From assembly GCA_038254365.1 (NCBI GenBank), contig JBBSGI010000009.1, positions 1,227 through 65,226 of the forward strand: a DNA stretch of 64,000 nt, read 5' to 3'. Made by a program: the position numbers and the translations under genes. Source of the stretch: Propionibacteriales bacterium (lineage in GTDB: Bacteria > Actinomycetota > Actinomycetes > Propionibacteriales > Nocardioidaceae). Positions 60,840-64,000 of this stretch are shown here, piece after piece (position 1 is the stretch's first letter; every line of letters begins with the position of its first letter). Under the pieces are notes generated by a model. That model was not told the DNA's origin and did no database searches. It saw nothing but the letters and a program-made list of their open reading frames with translations.

Positions 60840-61650
60840 GCTTCTCCTTCGTCATGCTGGGCCGGTGCAACGTCTGGGACCGTCCCCGCAGGCGTGGCAC
60901 GGTGATCCCCGGTCCGGCCTCGTAGCGGAGCCGGATCTGCTCAGGGGACACGCCGGTGAGGAACAGCAGCTTCAGGTACTGCATGAACGCGATCATCCGC
61001 AGCGTCCCGTGCTCAGTGAGGCGACGCGATGCGGCGGTGCTGGTCGCGGTGAGCACGACCATCCGCCCTGCCCGGTGCAGGCGTCGGGAGAACTCGAAGT
61101 CCTCCATCAGCGGCAGGGGGGCGAATCCGCCGAGTCGGTCGAAGGTGTCGCGGCGCACGAACATGGCCTGGTCGCCGAAGACGTGGTGCAGGCGGCGCGC
61201 CCGCAGCGTGGACACGCGGGCGAGGTAGTCCAAAGTCGGGGTGCGGCTATCAAAATGGAGAGTGAGCCCGCCGCCGACGGTGCCCGGGTCGCTCAGGGCC
61301 TCACGGATCTGCTCCAGCGCGTCCGGTGCGACGGCGGTGTCGGCGTGCACGAACCACAGGACGTCCCCGTGGGTGTGGCCTGCCCCTTCGTTCATCTGTC
61401 TAGCCCGTCCGGGGGCAGTCGTGACCACGCACGCCTGAGCGGCGGCCAGGTCGGGTGTGGCATCGCTGCTGCCGCCGTCGACCACGATGAGCTCGCAGTC
61501 GGGGAAGTCTTGGCGTAGCCGCCGCAGCGCGTCGCTGATGATCGGCGCCTCGTTGAGCACTGGTACGACGATGGACACGGCCAGGTTGTTGCACGCGGGC
61601 TCGCGCGATCGCCCGGACTTCGCCCCACCGGTCCTCGTTGACGCGCTCAT
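60826..61650 (-). CDS. family 2 glycosyltransferase resembling the rSAM/selenodomain-associated transferase 2 (TIGR04283-like)
   Basis: SIVVPVLNE, LIVVDGGSSD, GRARQMNEGA, FVHADT, GDQAMFVRR, LMEDFEFSRRL, STAASRR. This is the pattern I remember for TIGR04283. ATGA overlap upstream. Confidence 0.75.
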   Translation of the reverse strand: MSASTRTGGAKSGRSREPACNNLAVSIVVPVLNEAPIISDALRRLRQDFPDCELIVVDGGSSDATPDLAAAQACVVTTAPGRARQMNEGAGHTHGDVLWFVHADTAVAPDALEQIREALSDPGTVGGGLTLHFDSRTPTLDYLARVSTLRARRLHHVFGDQAMFVRRDTFDRLGGFAPLPLMEDFEFSRRLHRAGRMVVLTATSTAASRRLTEHGTLRMIAFMQYLKLLFLTGVSPEQIRLRYEAGPGITVPRLRGRSQTLHRPSMTKEKLDGD

Positions 61651-62327
61651 CCCGGCTCCAACGACTGCTCGATCGCCGAGGTGACGATGGCGTGGATCGA
61701 CGGCGGCAGCGCCCCGTCGGCAGCAAGTGCGCGCGCGTCGGCAGGGAGGTCAAGGTCCCTCAGTTCGGGTAGGAATGCGACAGTCAACCCGGCCGCGCGT
61801 GCCGCGGCGACGCTCCTTTCCAGCACGCACGGACCGCCCCATGAGGCCGGGTCGATCTCGAACACCTCGCCTACCGGCCGGCGCACTGCGATGAGGTAGT
61901 AGCCGCCGTCTAGAGCGGGGCCGAACACCACGTCGTGCCCCGCCTCGAGCAACCGGACCGCTGCGACGATAAGGCCCGACGTCAGGCTGGGCACATCAGT
62001 GCCGATCAGCACGACCGGGCCGGGTCGGGTCGCTGCGGCGTGCGCTACCGCAGCGGACATCCGTGAACCGAGATGGCTGCCTTGCTGGGCGACGACGGCC
62101 ACGGCAGGTCCTACCGTGGCCGCTACCTCGGTCACAGCGTCGGGAGGGTCGACCGCGACGATCAGGCGCGTCGGAGCTGCCCGCAGCGCGGTAGCTGCGG
62201 TGTGCACGATCAGGGCGTGTTGCAGTCGGGCGCATCCGGTAGCCCCGAGCAGCGGCTGCAGCCGCGTCTTCGTCCGGCCCGGGCGTGCGGCTCGCGCCAT
62301 CACCACAACCGTCGGGAGCAGGTTCAC
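61647..62327 (-). CDS. DUF2064 / CofC-like nucleotidyl- or glycosyl-transferase (TIGR04282-like, transferase 1)
   Basis: VVMARAARPGRTKTRLQPLLG, QQGSHLGSRM, LIGTDVPSL, FGPALDGGYYLI. GTG 62327 overlaps the radical SAM stop as GTGA. Confidence 0.75.
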   Translation of the reverse strand: MNLLPTVVVMARAARPGRTKTRLQPLLGATGCARLQHALIVHTAATALRAAPTRLIVAVDPPDAVTEVAATVGPAVAVVAQQGSHLGSRMSAAVAHAAATRPGPVVLIGTDVPSLTSGLIVAAVRLLEAGHDVVFGPALDGGYYLIAVRRPVGEVFEIDPASWGGPCVLERSVAAARAAGLTVAFLPELRDLDLPADARALAADGALPPSIHAIVTSAIEQSLEPG

Positions 62328-63739
62328 GTGTCGAACCGGTAGTTGGTGCCGATGGTGGGCAGCAGCGGCAGCGTCCGACGCAGTGCGACGTTCTCGATGG
62401 GGTCGAGCACGCTGTGCTGGACGCAGGCCGGGACGAGTTCCCCGGTCTCGGGGTGCGCCATCGCATATGAGCACGCCTGAAGCCGCTGCTGGACGGCCAG
62501 CACGCAGGGCTCTGTGCTGGTCTCGCCGCGCTGCAGCGCCTCCCACGCGGGCGCGACATCGCTGGCGTCCATGAACGAGTGCATCACGAACGTCACCGGC
62601 CGGATCCGGCGCTGGCGCATGAGGTTCCGGACACCGACCTTGGCGAGCATGCGTACCGCCCAGCCGGTGAAGACTATGGCGGCCGAAGGATGGCGAGCGA
62701 TGACCCGCAGCAGCTTTATGATCAGCGTCGGCAACGGTGTGCCGGCGAAGTCGACCCCGCCGAGATGTCGGAAGAACACGTCGCGGGTGTGCAGGTCGGC
62801 GAGGTCCTCGTCGTCCAGGATCGGGAAGTAGCGGTTGCCGACGTAGAAGCCGTACGTGGTGCGGTTGCAGCGTTCGTCGCCGATCTGCAGCGCCCGGAAC
62901 GGAAGGCGGGTGCCAGCGCCCGCCTCGATCTGCGCCCACACGTCATCGGCCGTGGACTCGTGGAAGCTCTCGTGCCAGCGGCGGTCGTCGCCGACGAAGG
63001 CGGCCGGCTGGAAGGAGAACAGCCCGAAGCCGTAGTCGTGGCAGTCGCGGATGACGCCGGCGATCTGGTCGAGGTTGCGGGGAGTGACCGTCATGTTGTG
63101 CGCGATGAAGTAGGGGATGCCGTGGTCTCTGCGCAGCGCGGCGAACATGTCGGCGAACCGACGTCGGTATGGGTTCAGGGAGCGCTCGTCGGGTGGACGT
63201 TCGACGCCACGGCGACCGAACATGAGCATGTCGAAATGCCCGGCGAACGAGATGCGGGGCAGTCGCGGCGCTCCGTCGGCGTCGAGGGCGAGAGCAGTGA
63301 GGTAGTCGAGGTCGAAGTCGCCGTGACTCATGCTCATCGGCTCGCGGCCCTGCTCGCGCATGGCCAGCAGAGCCGCGGCATGGTCGTCGGGGGGAAGCAG
63401 GCTGACCTCGCCGCCGATCAGCTGTGCATGCGCTCGCGGTCCACGCAGGCGGCGCAGCAGCCGCATCTGCGCGCGAACCTGGTCGACAGTGTGCCGGCCG
63501 TCGACCCGGACGCGGTTGGCGTCGCGGGAGTGGTAGCACGGGGTGCACGCCAGATTGCATCGCGGGAACACCCCGTGGGTTCCCTCGCAACCCACCGCAT
63601 GCTGGCCGAGCGCCTGTGCCCGGGTCCGGACATGCTCGGGCAGCGACTGCCACCGCTGCCTTAGCACCGTCGCAGTCTCTGGGTCGACCGGGCGGGTGGC
63701 TCGCGCGAGGCTCCGAAGTCGCCCGAGAAGTCGGCCCAT
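62324..63739 (-). CDS. radical SAM protein, 471 aa, family unresolved
   Basis: CX3CX2C motif CNLACTPC (63536-63559), preceded by GCEGTHG. A long C-terminal extension carries Cys at CVLAVQQRLQAC and PAC. It is neither ArsS-like nor SPASM-like by eye. Confidence 0.8.
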   Translation of the reverse strand: MGRLLGRLRSLARATRPVDPETATVLRQRWQSLPEHVRTRAQALGQHAVGCEGTHGVFPRCNLACTPCYHSRDANRVRVDGRHTVDQVRAQMRLLRRLRGPRAHAQLIGGEVSLLPPDDHAAALLAMREQGREPMSMSHGDFDLDYLTALALDADGAPRLPRISFAGHFDMLMFGRRGVERPPDERSLNPYRRRFADMFAALRRDHGIPYFIAHNMTVTPRNLDQIAGVIRDCHDYGFGLFSFQPAAFVGDDRRWHESFHESTADDVWAQIEAGAGTRLPFRALQIGDERCNRTTYGFYVGNRYFPILDDEDLADLHTRDVFFRHLGGVDFAGTPLPTLIIKLLRVIARHPSAAIVFTGWAVRMLAKVGVRNLMRQRRIRPVTFVMHSFMDASDVAPAWEALQRGETSTEPCVLAVQQRLQACSYAMAHPETGELVPACVQHSVLDPIENVALRRTLPLLPTIGTNYRFDT

Positions 63740-63846
63740 CAGGCCTCGGTGACCGAGATCGAATCCGAGAACGACACGTGGTTCAGGATCGTCTGGTCAC
63801 CGCGGGCGATGGCCGTATCGTTGAGTGTGGCGACGTAGGTGGTCAT
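63739..63846 (-). CDS. 35-codon ORF translationally coupled to the radical SAM gene
   Basis: MTTYVATLNDTAIARGDQTILNHVSFSDSISVTEA. GC3 is about 31/35. AAGGAC-N4-ATG is the likely RBS and start, and the TGA shares one base with the radical SAM ATG (TGATG). Confidence 0.5.
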   Translation of the reverse strand: MTTYVATLNDTAIARGDQTILNHVSFSDSISVTEA

Positions 63847-64000
63847 ACCTGTCCTTCGTTGTCGGAAGGGGTTCGGTTCGCGCGTGGTACCCGGCCAAGA
63901 CTGTCGAAGGGGCCGTGACCGACAAGCCCTCTGCGGTCCATCAGGACGGCGCTACGGAGGTAAGCCGCAGAACTCTCCTCGTATCGATGGCGGGGGCGAA

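Noticed and set aside
63843-63941. A 32-codon ORF (MDRRGLVGHGPFDSLGRVPRANRTPSDNEGQV) whose TGA overlaps the ATG of the 35-codon ORF as ATGA.
   Set aside because: Third-position GC is only about 62%, against about 85-90% for real genes here. No RBS is evident. It is more likely 5' leader RNA. A 7-bp stem TCTGCGG/CCGCAGA is present, but I could not match it to any riboswitch class.

Overview
This is a high-GC (roughly 70%) chromosomal segment from an Actinomycetota genome. The lineage call rests on a mycothiol-dependent formaldehyde dehydrogenase, mprA-mprB-pepD, mec-cysM, an F420/Ddn-family nitroreductase and a 10-methyl fatty acid gene pair. I could not run any search, so every family assignment comes from reading the translated ORFs against remembered motifs. 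About 60 genes are supportable, mostly housekeeping or accessory metabolism and transport: trpS, branched-chain/pyruvate dehydrogenase E1a-E1b-E2, paaK-paaI and paaN, two half-ABC exporters, several MFS/EamA transporters, HelD, and a PhzE-like fused anthranilate-synthase homologue. I saw no rRNA, tRNA, CRISPR array or IS element. Two regions stand out. (1) 56966-63846 on the minus strand is a tightly coupled operon. It carries a 35-codon ORF, an orphan 471-aa radical SAM enzyme, a DUF2064-type transferase, a GT2 transferase, an MFS transporter, a metallophosphoesterase fused to a second radical SAM domain, and a TVP38 membrane protein. This looks like a rearranged, expanded relative of the rSAM/selenodomain (ArsS, arsenosugar) gene set, and I could not place its chemistry. 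(2) 37360-43445 holds a cobalamin riboswitch in front of a dedicated ECF transporter plus two secreted proteins that together mimic the two domains of transcobalamin. The window also contains several discrete gene lesions: a 17-bp tandem duplication, a doubly frameshifted DedA gene, a head-to-head pair of 5'-truncated genes, an ORF with no usable start, and a truncated lipoprotein paralogue. A Trp-Trp leader peptide sits upstream of trpS.
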